This document shows positions 46,544-56,839 of a DNA stretch of 64,000 nt, piece after piece. The stretch lies in assembly GCA_050173015.1 (NCBI GenBank), contig JBFXLE010000004.1, positions 67,470-131,469 of the forward strand, in the 5' to 3' direction. The notes below the pieces were generated by a model, which saw only the letters and a list, made by a program, of their open reading frames with translations, had not been told where the DNA came from and made no database searches. The position numbers and the translations under genes were made by a program. Numbering within the stretch: position 1 is the first letter of the stretch; each line of letters begins with the position of its first letter. The DNA comes from Calditrichaceae bacterium (GTDB taxonomy: Bacteria > Calditrichota > Calditrichia > Calditrichales > JBFXGD01).

Positions 46544-47175
46544 TCTGTCTGATCAGGAAACTCATCTGTCTGCATCAATCTTGCCAGGTCTTCCCGGGTA
46601 TTGACATTATAAAAGTATTCGGGTTTATACCCCGGCATATTATTGGGGATATCGACCTGAACGGCGTTTAAGCGTGAAAGAAGTTTGTGCAGACTGTAAT
46701 TTCCCTCACGGATTGACTGTTCGACGATCCTTAATGCGTTGGCCGGCCAGATAGAGACCAAGGGCTCGATACCCTTATCGGACTTTGCGACAACTGCTTG
46801 ATCGGCCGATCGGGAGTTCATCATATAATGATACACTTTTGCCGAAAGGCGGGGCATATCACATGGCAGAACGGCAATCCATTGGTCCGGGAAACAGGCC
46901 AGCGCCGTATAGATACCGCCAATAGGCCCCCGGTCGGTAACTTTGTCCCGCACAGACCTGATGTGATCAAAATATTTGATCTCTTCCGGGCCTGAAACGA
47001 TAACGATATTGTCCGCGATACCTTCAGCCAGCCCGGCGGCCCAGTCTATAAGTCGCTTATTTTTATAGACAGCTGTGACCTTCGAAGTACCAAATCTGGC
47101 GCTTTTTCCACCGGCAATGATCGCCGCGGAAAGTGCATTTATATTTTCCAAACATTTCTCATAGTAAATGATCAT
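46540..47175 (-). CDS. mobA: Molybdenum cofactor guanylyltransferase MobA
   Basis: LSAAIIAGGKSARFGTSK...LPCDMP pattern of MobA/NTP_transf_3. Confidence 0.8.
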   Translation of the reverse strand: MIIYYEKCLENINALSAAIIAGGKSARFGTSKVTAVYKNKRLIDWAAGLAEGIADNIVIVSGPEEIKYFDHIRSVRDKVTDRGPIGGIYTALACFPDQWIAVLPCDMPRLSAKVYHYMMNSRSADQAVVAKSDKGIEPLVSIWPANALRIVEQSIREGNYSLHKLLSRLNAVQVDIPNNMPGYKPEYFYNVNTREDLARLMQTDEFPDQTE

Positions 47176-47263
47176 GTAAAACTATAAAGGTAATCAAAAT
47201 ATGAACTTAAACAAGTAAAAAGTTTGGGTTCAATTGAAGTTTGGCTGGAAAGAAAGAGATAAA

Positions 47264-47300
47264 GTAAAGAAAAAAGCCTTTCCCGGTGAAGGGAAAGGCT
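47264..47300 (-). terminator. Rho-independent terminator after the TPR lipoprotein gene
   Basis: On the minus strand, AGCCTTTCCC-TTCACC-GGGAAAGGCT (10-bp stem) followed by TTTTTTCTTT. Confidence 0.7.
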
Positions 47301-47318
47301 TTAAACCTGACGGTTTTG

Positions 47319-47948
47319 TTAAATGACGCCGCGTAATCTCATAATTTCTTCATGCAATGCCTGTTGTCCGTCGGAAGTACTGACATCCGCATTAAAACTG
47401 GCATTTAATTTCTGAACTTCAGTCAGGCTGCCATCGAAATCACCGAGCCAGAAATAATCCTGGGCCATACACAATTGTAAATCCTTGTAATCCAGATCGA
47501 TTCCGATGGACGGAGAATTATAGGTGAATGACCAGTTAGCCTCATTGCTGATTGCCATTGAGGCGTGCACAATAGAATTGTCATATAAACCGAGAACGAG
47601 TTCGGCAAAAGCCATACCTGCATACAGATCATTGCTTGAAATGTTCAGGTCATCTGCGGAGTCAAAATAATCGTATGCCGTCGCGATTTCTCCCAATTTG
47701 GAATAACTCCAGGCAAGACCGAGATGGGCTGCAAATTCATTCGGGTTGTCAGAAAGGGCGGTATCAAAATATCCAATGGCTTCCTGATAATTTCCCGCCT
47801 TAAACGCATTCCAGCCACTAACGCTCGCGTCAGATATTGTCGTGCCATCGTCCTTATTGCTCGTAGAATCTGAACTGCAGCCGACAAATGCAATAGAAAA
47901 TATTAATATCAGCCACAAATTATATAACAGAAGTTTTTTGATTTTCAT
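47319..47948 (-). CDS. TPR-like lipoprotein
   Basis: Lipobox IAFVGCSS. Helical repeats with TPR-like A/Y/G spacing (AFKAGNYQEAIGYFDTAL..., AHLGLAWSYSKLGE...). Confidence 0.65.
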   Translation of the reverse strand: MKIKKLLLYNLWLILIFSIAFVGCSSDSTSNKDDGTTISDASVSGWNAFKAGNYQEAIGYFDTALSDNPNEFAAHLGLAWSYSKLGEIATAYDYFDSADDLNISSNDLYAGMAFAELVLGLYDNSIVHASMAISNEANWSFTYNSPSIGIDLDYKDLQLCMAQDYFWLGDFDGSLTEVQKLNASFNADVSTSDGQQALHEEIMRLRGVI

Positions 47949-47973
47949 AATAAAGCTCCTTATCCAATCTGTT

Positions 47974-50892
47974 TTATTTTATCAATATCATTTTTTTAGA
48001 AACTACCTGGTCGCCTGAAACAAGCTGGTAGAAATACACACCACTGGAAACTTTTTGTCCGGATGAATTGGTTCCATCCCAGCGGACTTTGAAAGTGCCA
48101 AAAGAATATTTTCCGCTGAACAAAGTTTTTAATTTTTGTCCCAGACTGTTATACACGACCAGTTCGGTATTCTGAGGAACCTTATTTGCAATTGTAAACT
48201 CAATATCAGTGACCGGGTTAAAAGGATTTGGGAAATTCTGATTCAGGACAAAACTCTGAGGCATCGCGTTAGTTATTGCGTCACCTTCACCCAATTTATA
48301 TGTACCGAGTTTGGAAGTGTTAATGACAAGTTCTTTGTTCGTCTTATCAATGTAGGTCTCTTGCTCTACCCATCCCGCCGCAGAACGATAATATACCTTA
48401 AGTCTTGATTCATCATATACCTGATTCTTGATGAGCTCATCATATTTAAAGGTCAGAACAAATTCTTTATCTGATACGTAATCGGTCGGTCCAAATTGTA
48501 TTTCTGAACCTTCAAACATACCCGATTCATTCCTGATGATATCTGATTTAAAGATTGTCATGAACATTTCATCTCTAACGGCATCTGCAGGGATAAACAG
48601 GCTCACATCACCATCGGGACTGTAGGCCAGTGTTTCTTCACCGGGTTTTAGCAGCTGAACTCCGAAGTCTTTTTCAAAGGATGCGTCCGGTCCGAAAACA
48701 CTGATGGCATCCACGCTTAAATGGATAGTACCGGAAGCCGTAAAATAAACTTTACAGCCATAATTGTAGAGGGAGATGTCATTCACTGTTAGATCTGCGC
48801 TTGATTCTCCGAGGGACGCGGTCACTTCAGGCGGCGCCATGAGAGGAATATCCGTGGTCATAAATATTTCGGCAAACATGGTGAATGCAGAATTCTGAAC
48901 AAGGGAAATACCCAGATCAGGCGGATCCAGCTTATTTATCTGAATCATACGTTCGATGATTTTTGCGGGAGCGTTATCCGCGTCAACGGTGATGGTGTAA
49001 AAAAATACATCTCCGGCAGGAAGGTTGTCAACATGAATAGGCCAGACAGTATAGTCACCGCCATTTGCCTGCATATTCCCAAATTCGGTAGTCGCGTTGC
49101 CTTCGACCAGGGAAAGACCGCTTGGGAGATTTATTGTGGCTGTGACATTTGTCGCTTCCACACCACCGGTATTGAACAGGCTCGCGGTAACTGAAAATGA
49201 AGTGGTCTGCGGTACGCTGTTTTCCACTTTTATTGATGATATTGATGAAACCGATACCGATATTGGCGGCAGCAGGTCATCGTTTGGTATGACGAACCTA
49301 TAAGCGATATTGTTTGAGCCGTTTGATTCAACTACCACATCGTTTGGATCAATCTGAGCATAGATAGCGTGATAAGCTGGATTAGTAGGCACCGTCCAGT
49401 CGAATGAAAATGTATAGCTTGATCCGGCCTGGATTGAATCGACATACATGACTGCCGAGATTGGAATACCGCCGTCAGGGTCGCCGTCGAATAAGCGGAT
49501 TCCCACATTCATCGCGGTGGCAAATCCATAGTTATGCACCGTTGTTTTGATGGTGATGGGATCACCGGCATTTCTTGTTTCAGTGTCAGGCAATAAAACA
49601 ATATCACTTGCCGAGACAGCGAGATCGGGCAATCCCAGCGCAAAATTCAGCGGCATAAAATCAGCGCCGGCCGCGCCACCAAATGAGCTTATAATTGATA
49701 AGTTTTTTGTCCCCGTTACATGATAAACGGTTTTAGTCGAATAAAAATAATAGCCTTCGCCTTCATTTAAAGTCCCTGTCCAGACGTTTGACTCTGTATT
49801 GGGATCATAAACCGTAATTTCATTTCCGTCCTCGTATGAGAAGATATTATAGTCGCCGGGAATAACGGGTGTATAGAAATTAGTACCTATCCCGCGTCCT
49901 GATTCATCCACTTGCCTTGTCAGATAGTAATAACTACCTGAGTAATATGCATAGGGAGTATTACATACTGTCGCATTATTGCTGGTTTCGACTTCCCAGT
50001 AAGTATCTTCATATATGATGTCATAGGCCACTTCGCCTTCATTTAACGTTCCTGATGAAATCACTTCCTGAGTTGTGGAGTTGGTCACCGTATAAGTGGT
50101 GTTATCTGAATATGCGGTAATGATGATTCCGTTTGGCCAGCCGCCCACATATCCGGCAAAACCATAAAAATGCGTACCGGTAAACAGACCGTTGGTAGCC
50201 GGTATAAAGTATCCCTGATCGCCATAACTCAGAGCGGATACCGGTTTGCTCGATCTGACACCAAGAAAAACACCATAATAACCGTCTAATTGAAAATGTT
50301 CACCCTCATTTAATATTCCGGCGGCAATGGTGTTTCCGGATGAGAGATCCCGGATAGTGAATTCTGTTCCGTCTTCATAACCGAATAGGATAAAATGAGC
50401 ATAACCGTATGCATCGGGCATATATGTGTTTATCCTTGTGGATAAGGCTCTGCCGGCTTCATCAACAGCGAAATAACCCATTACATAATTAGAAACAGGA
50501 TCGCCAACAAGCAGAGTAAAGGAGTTAGAACCTTCAACTCTATATACACCGGCGCCGGAAGTAAAAGCATAATATTCATCATTATTTAATGTGGTTGTGC
50601 CAATTAATTCACCCGCAGAATTAAAAAAGTTAAATGTTGTATTATCGAAGTAGCTAAAAACAATAAGATCTGAAAAGGTGTAAGAAGTAGTAGCAAAGAC
50701 AAAATCCGCGGGTTTAAGCAAAGATTTCTCGATTTGCGACGAGATCACGCCCTGCTGAAATCCGGGAGACGCGTTATCTGTTGTAAATCCGGGCGCTGCG
50801 CCCGGTATCTGCTGGGCAAACAAACTGCCGACAGACAGATATAGAAGAATTAATAATACCGTAAACTTCTTCTGCATAAAAACCTCCTTCAA
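47974..50892 (-). CDS. Large T9SS-secreted adhesin-like protein (internal beta-repeats, CARDB-like domains, type-A CTD)
   Basis: Signal peptide. Four repeats of about 90 aa, each ending in (G)xLNEGE. CARDB-like segment PDLAVSASDIVLLPD...GDPITIKTTVHNYGFATAMNVGIRLFDG. C-terminus NFPNPFNPVTDIEFTI...GVYFYQLVSG...KKMILIK. Confidence 0.8.
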   Translation of the reverse strand: MKEVFMQKKFTVLLILLYLSVGSLFAQQIPGAAPGFTTDNASPGFQQGVISSQIEKSLLKPADFVFATTSYTFSDLIVFSYFDNTTFNFFNSAGELIGTTTLNNDEYYAFTSGAGVYRVEGSNSFTLLVGDPVSNYVMGYFAVDEAGRALSTRINTYMPDAYGYAHFILFGYEDGTEFTIRDLSSGNTIAAGILNEGEHFQLDGYYGVFLGVRSSKPVSALSYGDQGYFIPATNGLFTGTHFYGFAGYVGGWPNGIIITAYSDNTTYTVTNSTTQEVISSGTLNEGEVAYDIIYEDTYWEVETSNNATVCNTPYAYYSGSYYYLTRQVDESGRGIGTNFYTPVIPGDYNIFSYEDGNEITVYDPNTESNVWTGTLNEGEGYYFYSTKTVYHVTGTKNLSIISSFGGAAGADFMPLNFALGLPDLAVSASDIVLLPDTETRNAGDPITIKTTVHNYGFATAMNVGIRLFDGDPDGGIPISAVMYVDSIQAGSSYTFSFDWTVPTNPAYHAIYAQIDPNDVVVESNGSNNIAYRFVIPNDDLLPPISVSVSSISSIKVENSVPQTTSFSVTASLFNTGGVEATNVTATINLPSGLSLVEGNATTEFGNMQANGGDYTVWPIHVDNLPAGDVFFYTITVDADNAPAKIIERMIQINKLDPPDLGISLVQNSAFTMFAEIFMTTDIPLMAPPEVTASLGESSADLTVNDISLYNYGCKVYFTASGTIHLSVDAISVFGPDASFEKDFGVQLLKPGEETLAYSPDGDVSLFIPADAVRDEMFMTIFKSDIIRNESGMFEGSEIQFGPTDYVSDKEFVLTFKYDELIKNQVYDESRLKVYYRSAAGWVEQETYIDKTNKELVINTSKLGTYKLGEGDAITNAMPQSFVLNQNFPNPFNPVTDIEFTIANKVPQNTELVVYNSLGQKLKTLFSGKYSFGTFKVRWDGTNSSGQKVSSGVYFYQLVSGDQVVSKKMILIK

Positions 50893-51522
50893 TAAGTTAG
50901 ATTTGTAGATGGTGAAAAAAGTTGTTACAAATATTATTAAAATCCCGGGCGGTATATTGACCGTGCCAGGTAAATATAATCATAATTCAACCTTCAATTT
51001 TGCAGGAGATAATCTCATATCGATTCGTACACGGGTTAAAATTAAATGAAATCTTTTTTCCTTTGTCCGTTTACCAAAATTGTTAATCCGGGTTTAAATA
51101 AGAGCCCCGGGTCAAATCTGCTTCCCGATTAAAAAGGGAAGATGACTAAAACTATCAGGATATTTATCCAGTAACGCTGTAATGATAAATTAGTCATGTC
51201 CTTTTTTTGGTGAAAATTCTGAATAGTTTTGTGATATTTTAAAGGGGAATATAAACAATAATCATCGGGGAGCTTTGATCTACGTCAAAAGAATGGAGAT
51301 TCATAACACTTTATTCTATAAAATTGTTAATAAATATGGCTAAAAAATAGGGAAATGTTTAAAAATTGATAAATTTTACCGAATATTAAAGAAATAGTAC
51401 TGTCTATAAATCATATAAAATTAATGACTTACAAAAATTATACGGGAATATTTTGATATAAAACACATTTAATTTGATTTGGAATAAAAAAAAGACCTTT
51501 TTTAAGGCTTTTTTTTGTTTGC

Positions 51523-52515
51523 TCATTTCCCCGCGGAAATAATTTTTTCAAGTGTTGCATGATCCACATTCAGAAGTCCGTTTTTGACAATTCGCCTTGT
51601 CAGTTCCGCCCAGTTCTTATCTTTTTTAAATATTTCTTCGAACATGGGCAGGGCTTTGTCTAACATGCCAATGTTTACAAGTGAGACCGCGTGCCAGTAT
51701 TTCATCTCGATGTTTTTCGGAAACATCGATTCAGCCGCTCCGTATTCCCGCAGCGCTCCCTGTTCATCGCCTTTTTCGATGGCCAGATCACCGTTGTTCA
51801 TGTGTTCATAAGCGCGGTAAACTCTGAGAACGCGTTCAATTTCATTAACCGCGTCGGGATGATCTTCAACTCTTAAATCAATTTTGCGGTCCTCCCAAAG
51901 ATTACCCGTCGCTTTTCCTTTAACAACAAGTATGGCCGCCGACTGTTGTCCGCGAATATCGCCTCCCGCTGCCTGTGCCGCTTTCAGAGCCGCCAGCATT
52001 CTTTCCGCGAGAGGGCCTGTACTCGATTCAAATGCCTTGGACATGGCGGGGACAACTTTATCATTTAGCATCATGTTTGCCTGAACGGAATAATTTTTAC
52101 CGGTAATATGTCCGGCGTCAGCTATACATTTCTCTCCGGTGTAAGCCGCGACCTGACCCTTTGTATTGATTATTGCCACCTGCCGAAAATCACGCCCCTC
52201 ATCCGAGGCGATGAGATCATTGAGCGCTTCGGAAGATGATTGACCGGATTTTAGCAAATCGAGTCCGCGCGGGCCAAAAGAAGCGTTTACCATCGATTGT
52301 GTGGCTACTGCTCCAACGCCGGCCTCCGCCCATGAAACAATCGATCCCACGGAAAACCAGTGTGACTGAACAGCCACTCCCAGTTCGCCTGTCTGTTCAT
52401 CACGTGCTACGATTGAAAATGTGTGTGTAAAAGGTTCCCCGTTAAAAGTTTGCGCAAAGAGTGTTGATGCAAGGAAAAAAATAGTTAATGAAGTGAAATT
52501 AATAAATATTTTCAT
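51523..52515 (-). CDS. DUF1028-family (Ntn-hydrolase-like) secreted protein
   Basis: TFSIVARDEQTGELGVAVQSHWFSVGSIVSWAEAGVGAVATQS is the DUF1028 N-terminal signature following a signal peptide. Confidence 0.75.
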   Translation of the reverse strand: MKIFINFTSLTIFFLASTLFAQTFNGEPFTHTFSIVARDEQTGELGVAVQSHWFSVGSIVSWAEAGVGAVATQSMVNASFGPRGLDLLKSGQSSSEALNDLIASDEGRDFRQVAIINTKGQVAAYTGEKCIADAGHITGKNYSVQANMMLNDKVVPAMSKAFESSTGPLAERMLAALKAAQAAGGDIRGQQSAAILVVKGKATGNLWEDRKIDLRVEDHPDAVNEIERVLRVYRAYEHMNNGDLAIEKGDEQGALREYGAAESMFPKNIEMKYWHAVSLVNIGMLDKALPMFEEIFKKDKNWAELTRRIVKNGLLNVDHATLEKIISAGK

Positions 52516-52955
52516 AAAGAGCCTCCGGTTGAATGCTTATTGAGCAACATATGAATCAATTCCGTTTCGTCAGCCTTCATTTTTAGAGTGGCGGGATTAA
52601 TAAAGACGATCTGTCTCCAATTATAAAAGACCTTGTAAACTTTTAAATTTAAAATAAAATTTCTTCGGTTCAATTAATATTCCTTTAAAGAAATAAATTA
52701 GTTTAAGCAGAATTAATCCACAAGATTTTTTATTCCTTCACTGATTTCGGATTTCAATATGGATGAATAATTCAAGGAATATGGGGGTTAGAGAATGACT
52801 TAAGGATATAAATATTCATTTCTTTGATGGTTTTTATTGTTTTAAGCGTTATTTTTAAATGTTTGTATTTAACGTTCAGAATATAGAATTTATAAAAATA
52901 TATTAGTTAACGATGTGGGCGATATTGTCTGGAAATGTCTAACTAAGGAGTCAGC

Positions 52956-54254
52956 ATGCAATCAAGAAAAAATCATGCTCCGGGGGTTAACCTTAATCTT
53001 AATGTGAGAGGATTGCAGCAATCCGCGACATTACGAATCAATGAAATCAGTGATAAAATGATTCGCGAAGGCCACCAGATTTTCAAGTTGGGACTGGGGC
53101 AATCGCCTTTTCCGGTGCCACAGGTCGTTCAGGATGAATTAAAAGCGAATACCCATCAAAAGGATTATCTGCCGGTCATGGGTCTCAGGGAACTAAGAGG
53201 CGCGGTTGCGGGATATCTGCATCGCGCCCAAGGTGTAGATTTTACTCCTGACAACATCATGATCGGTCCCGGTTCAAAAGAATTAATGTTTATTCTTCAA
53301 CTGGTCTATTACGGCGATTTAGTTATTCCTACGCCAAGCTGGGTTTCCTATGCGCCACAGGCGCATATTGTGGGACGGCACATAAGCTGGGTACCCACCA
53401 ACGCCGGGGACTGCTGGCGTATCATGCCGGAAGAGTTTGAAAAGTTATGTAGTATGGATCCGGACAGGCCGAGGCTGGTGATACTGAATTACCCTGCTAA
53501 TCCACATGGGTGTACCTACCGGATTGATGAACTTAAAGCGATCGCGCATATTGCCCGTAAATACCATGTATTGCTTTTATCAGATGAAATTTATGGTGAA
53601 TTGCACCACCTGGGACAGCATGTTTCCATCGCGCGGTATTATCCCGAAGGCACCATTATAAGCTCAGGCTTGAGTAAGTGGTGCGGCGCCGGCGGATGGC
53701 GTCTTGGTACATTCGCGTTTCCAAGATCATTGACCTGGCTGCGTGATGCCATGGCTGTTGTAGCCAGTGAAACATACACTTCCACATCAGCCCCTATTCA
53801 ATACGCGGCAGTGAGAGCCTTTCAGGGCGGGCTGGAAATTGAGAGATATCTGTCGCAGTCGAGGCGGGTTTTAAGATCTCTAAGCGCGGTTCTGGTATCT
53901 AAATTAAGAAAGTCCGGGGTCAGCCTGTCAGAACCAAAAGGCGCTTTTTATCTCTTCCCTGATTTTAGCCCTTTCAGGGAGAAAATGATACAGAGGGGAA
54001 TTTATAACAATGAACAGTTATGTGAGCGTCTTCTTGAAGAAACCGGCGTGGCTATACTGCCGGGGAGTGTTTTTGGAAGATCACCTGAAGAACTCACGGC
54101 AAGACTGGCTTATGTTGATTTTGACGGGGCGCGTGTCCTGACCGCCGCTTCTCAAATCGCCGAGGGAAAATCGCTTGATCATGTATTTCTCGAAACGTAT
54201 TGCCGGAATTGCCTGACGGCTGTGGATAAAATTTGTGATTGGTTAATCACGTAA
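52956..54254 (+). CDS. Class I/II PLP-dependent aminotransferase
   Basis: NYPANPHG, LLSDEIYGEL and SSGLSKWCGAGGWRLG (PLP-Lys motif) appear in canonical order. Confidence 0.85.
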   Translation: MQSRKNHAPGVNLNLNVRGLQQSATLRINEISDKMIREGHQIFKLGLGQSPFPVPQVVQDELKANTHQKDYLPVMGLRELRGAVAGYLHRAQGVDFTPDNIMIGPGSKELMFILQLVYYGDLVIPTPSWVSYAPQAHIVGRHISWVPTNAGDCWRIMPEEFEKLCSMDPDRPRLVILNYPANPHGCTYRIDELKAIAHIARKYHVLLLSDEIYGELHHLGQHVSIARYYPEGTIISSGLSKWCGAGGWRLGTFAFPRSLTWLRDAMAVVASETYTSTSAPIQYAAVRAFQGGLEIERYLSQSRRVLRSLSAVLVSKLRKSGVSLSEPKGAFYLFPDFSPFREKMIQRGIYNNEQLCERLLEETGVAILPGSVFGRSPEELTARLAYVDFDGARVLTAASQIAEGKSLDHVFLETYCRNCLTAVDKICDWLIT

Positions 54255-54267
54255 ATTACTTTTTTAA

Positions 54268-55158
54268 TTGAGCTGCAAATTTATATACTTAATCTTCACA
54301 AAAATCGGGGGATGTGGGGTGAGAAAAGTATTTCTTTATCAGATTATATTGGCGCTTATTCTGTTTCATACAACGCTTTGCGCGACGGAAATCCAGAGGG
54401 ATGAGAATGCTCCCGGCGCGAGAGCGGCCATGGGGCTATTCGCCAATGCGTACAGTAAGTCACTAACTGCAAATGTTTTTAACCTTGAACCTTTATCGCT
54501 TAAAGGGCGGTTAAGCAGCCTGGCAATCGCTGCGGCAGGTTACCAGATGATCTCATATGACACGATGAAAGGTATTCAGCTTAATCCGTTTAAATTCAGG
54601 AAAGAATGGCATGGTTATTGGGAAGGATATCTCGCGGCAGAAGGATTGGATATTTTTCTCAGCATCGTCCGCAAGTATGACGGAGCAAAATTTATTGTCG
54701 CGTCTACGGTTCTCATATCGATGGGAATAATTATTGCAAACGGTGAAGATGGCGATGGATGGCGAAATGCGGATGATGCGCCGCTGACGTTAAAAAACCT
54801 TTTTAAAAACCGGGATTCCTACTGGATTCACTTTTCGGGGTCGGGGGGATTATACTGGGCAATCGCCAATCATACGGTTTCGAAAGAATCCGCTTTGCTT
54901 TATGCCGCTTCACTTGTTTGGCTTTGGGAAATTAAGGATGGATATCTCAAATGGGAAGACGCAGGTTTTATTGGTGGAGACGGTTTCTCCTGGAGGGACG
55001 GGACAGCGGGGACGATTGCGGTTCTTGGCAGTTATGCGGTCAGCAAATGGATATTTCCCCGGGTAAAAGAGTTTCTGGGAAGATTTGGAGCGGATGGGAT
55101 ATCAGCAGACGCGGACAGAGACAGGTTCAGACTAACAGTAAGATTCGATCTGCTCTAA
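54268..55158 (+). CDS. Hypothetical exported/membrane protein
   Basis: Long ORF with plausible composition. The likely start is the GTG at 54319 (VRKVFLYQIILALILFHTTLCA signal). No family recognised. Confidence 0.5.
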   Translation: MSCKFIYLIFTKIGGCGVRKVFLYQIILALILFHTTLCATEIQRDENAPGARAAMGLFANAYSKSLTANVFNLEPLSLKGRLSSLAIAAAGYQMISYDTMKGIQLNPFKFRKEWHGYWEGYLAAEGLDIFLSIVRKYDGAKFIVASTVLISMGIIIANGEDGDGWRNADDAPLTLKNLFKNRDSYWIHFSGSGGLYWAIANHTVSKESALLYAASLVWLWEIKDGYLKWEDAGFIGGDGFSWRDGTAGTIAVLGSYAVSKWIFPRVKEFLGRFGADGISADADRDRFRLTVRFDLL

Positions 55159-55240
55159 AAACTTTCTAAAATATTATTTTGATGGTTTACCATAAATGCC
55201 ATGATTATCTTAAACAATCAAAAAACAGTACAGGTCTGAT

Positions 55241-55939
55241 ATGAAGAAGATTTTTATCACGGGATCAAACAGAGGAATTGGGATCGAGTTTGTCAGACAA
55301 TATCTGGCGCGGGGTGATCATGTGTTTGCCGGATGCAGAAATCCCGATGCTGCAAACGGCTTAAAGCGGCTGATGGATGCCTGGCCGGAAAGGCTGAATA
55401 TAGTAAAATTGGATCTCGGGGAGACGGATTCATTTGATGTTGCCGTAACTGAGGTAAGCAGGGTGACCGGCAGTCTGGATATATTGATCAATAATGCGGG
55501 CATTTATATAAAAAATGAAAATCTGGACAATCTGGATGTCTCAAAGATGTTGGCCTCATTCAGAATTAATTCTATCGCGCCGATTTTAATTGCCCGGAGT
55601 TTTATAAATTTGCTTGAAAAAGGCAAAGAGCCCAAAATCGTAAATATCAGTTCACAAATGGGGTCGCTACAAAATAAAACATCTGGTGGCGATTACAGTT
55701 ACTGTTCTTCCAAAGCGTCTCTTAATATGCTCACACGGTCGTTGGCCTATGATGTCAGGCGCCGGGGAATTATCACGGTTTCACTTCACCCGGGATGGGT
55801 AAAAACAGATATGGGCGGATTCAATGCCATGATCGAGCCGTCAGAGTCCGTTTATGACATGATCAAGCTCATCGATCGTTTAGAATTGAATGATTCATCA
55901 AAATTTTTTACGCGGGACGGCAGAATCCATCCCTGGTAA
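55241..55939 (+). CDS. Short-chain dehydrogenase/reductase (SDR)
   Basis: ITGSNRGIG (TGxxxGxG), NNAG and YCSSK (YxxxK). Confidence 0.85.
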   Translation: MKKIFITGSNRGIGIEFVRQYLARGDHVFAGCRNPDAANGLKRLMDAWPERLNIVKLDLGETDSFDVAVTEVSRVTGSLDILINNAGIYIKNENLDNLDVSKMLASFRINSIAPILIARSFINLLEKGKEPKIVNISSQMGSLQNKTSGGDYSYCSSKASLNMLTRSLAYDVRRRGIITVSLHPGWVKTDMGGFNAMIEPSESVYDMIKLIDRLELNDSSKFFTRDGRIHPW

Positions 55940-56144
55940 AAGTAAAAACTGTTTGGTTTTATATTTAAAGATAATTGTAACTCTATCTTGATATTAAATA
56001 AATATTATTTATGAATCGCTTTTTTGGTTCGATATTAGAAAATAGAATGTGATGGTGTTTACCTACCGGTCATTTTGAATGATATACGCGTCTTTATACG
56101 TATATCTACTCCGGAAATATTCGTGAGAAAGGTAATAAAGAGAC

Positions 56145-56609
56145 TTGAAGTCGAATGGGGGGAAAATAATGGACACTAAAATACCTATTCCCGGGAAAGA
56201 CGTGGATGAACAGGAAACCAGCGTTAAAAATACAAAACACAAGCGTATATTTATAGTTGAGGACGAAGAAATTATAAGAGACCTCTATAAAGATATTCTC
56301 GGAGAGAACGGATACGTGCTCCTGATGTCAAAGACGGTTGAAGAAGGGAAATCAAATTGGGGTGACGGAAATTATCATCTTGTGATTTGCGATCTGGGGC
56401 TGCCCGGCGAAAATGGCTGGGAGTTTATAAAATTCGCGAGAGAAAAGAATCAAAGTATTCCTATTGTCGCGCTTACGGGTTGGGGAGATATGATTTCGAA
56501 AGAACAATCCGCAAAATTTAATATACAGCGTGTAGTCGCAAAGCCGGTTTCCGTGGGACAGTTATTGAAACTGGTATCAGAATTAACTTCCGACACACAG
56601 GCTATTTAA
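56145..56609 (+). CDS. Stand-alone response-regulator receiver domain
   Basis: IFIVEDEE, HLVICDLGLPGENG (phospho-acceptor Asp) and VVAKP. The start is possibly the ATG at 56169. Confidence 0.8.
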   Translation: MKSNGGKIMDTKIPIPGKDVDEQETSVKNTKHKRIFIVEDEEIIRDLYKDILGENGYVLLMSKTVEEGKSNWGDGNYHLVICDLGLPGENGWEFIKFAREKNQSIPIVALTGWGDMISKEQSAKFNIQRVVAKPVSVGQLLKLVSELTSDTQAI

Positions 56610-56839
56610 TGAACACATGGAGCCCTTTTGTGTAACGCCAATTGGCATCTTTAATCGGCTGGTTCTCCCGCGTGCGGATAAAACCCGGCATGAATACATC
56701 TATCCTCAGCACCCTCAATAAAGCCTTCTATCCAATGAACTAAAAAAATGGATTCAAAATTTTTTGTTCGGATATTTTTAGATTGCAATATAATTTAATA
56801 ATATGTTCGATTCCTTTAAACTCATAAAATGAGATAAAT

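Noticed and set aside
56640-56755. Short minus-strand reading frame (…LVHWIEGFIEGAEDRCIHAGFYPHAGEPAD*) that looks like a gene fragment
   Set aside because: It is under 60 aa. I could not identify a family or a start. It is possibly a pseudogene remnant but is unsupported.
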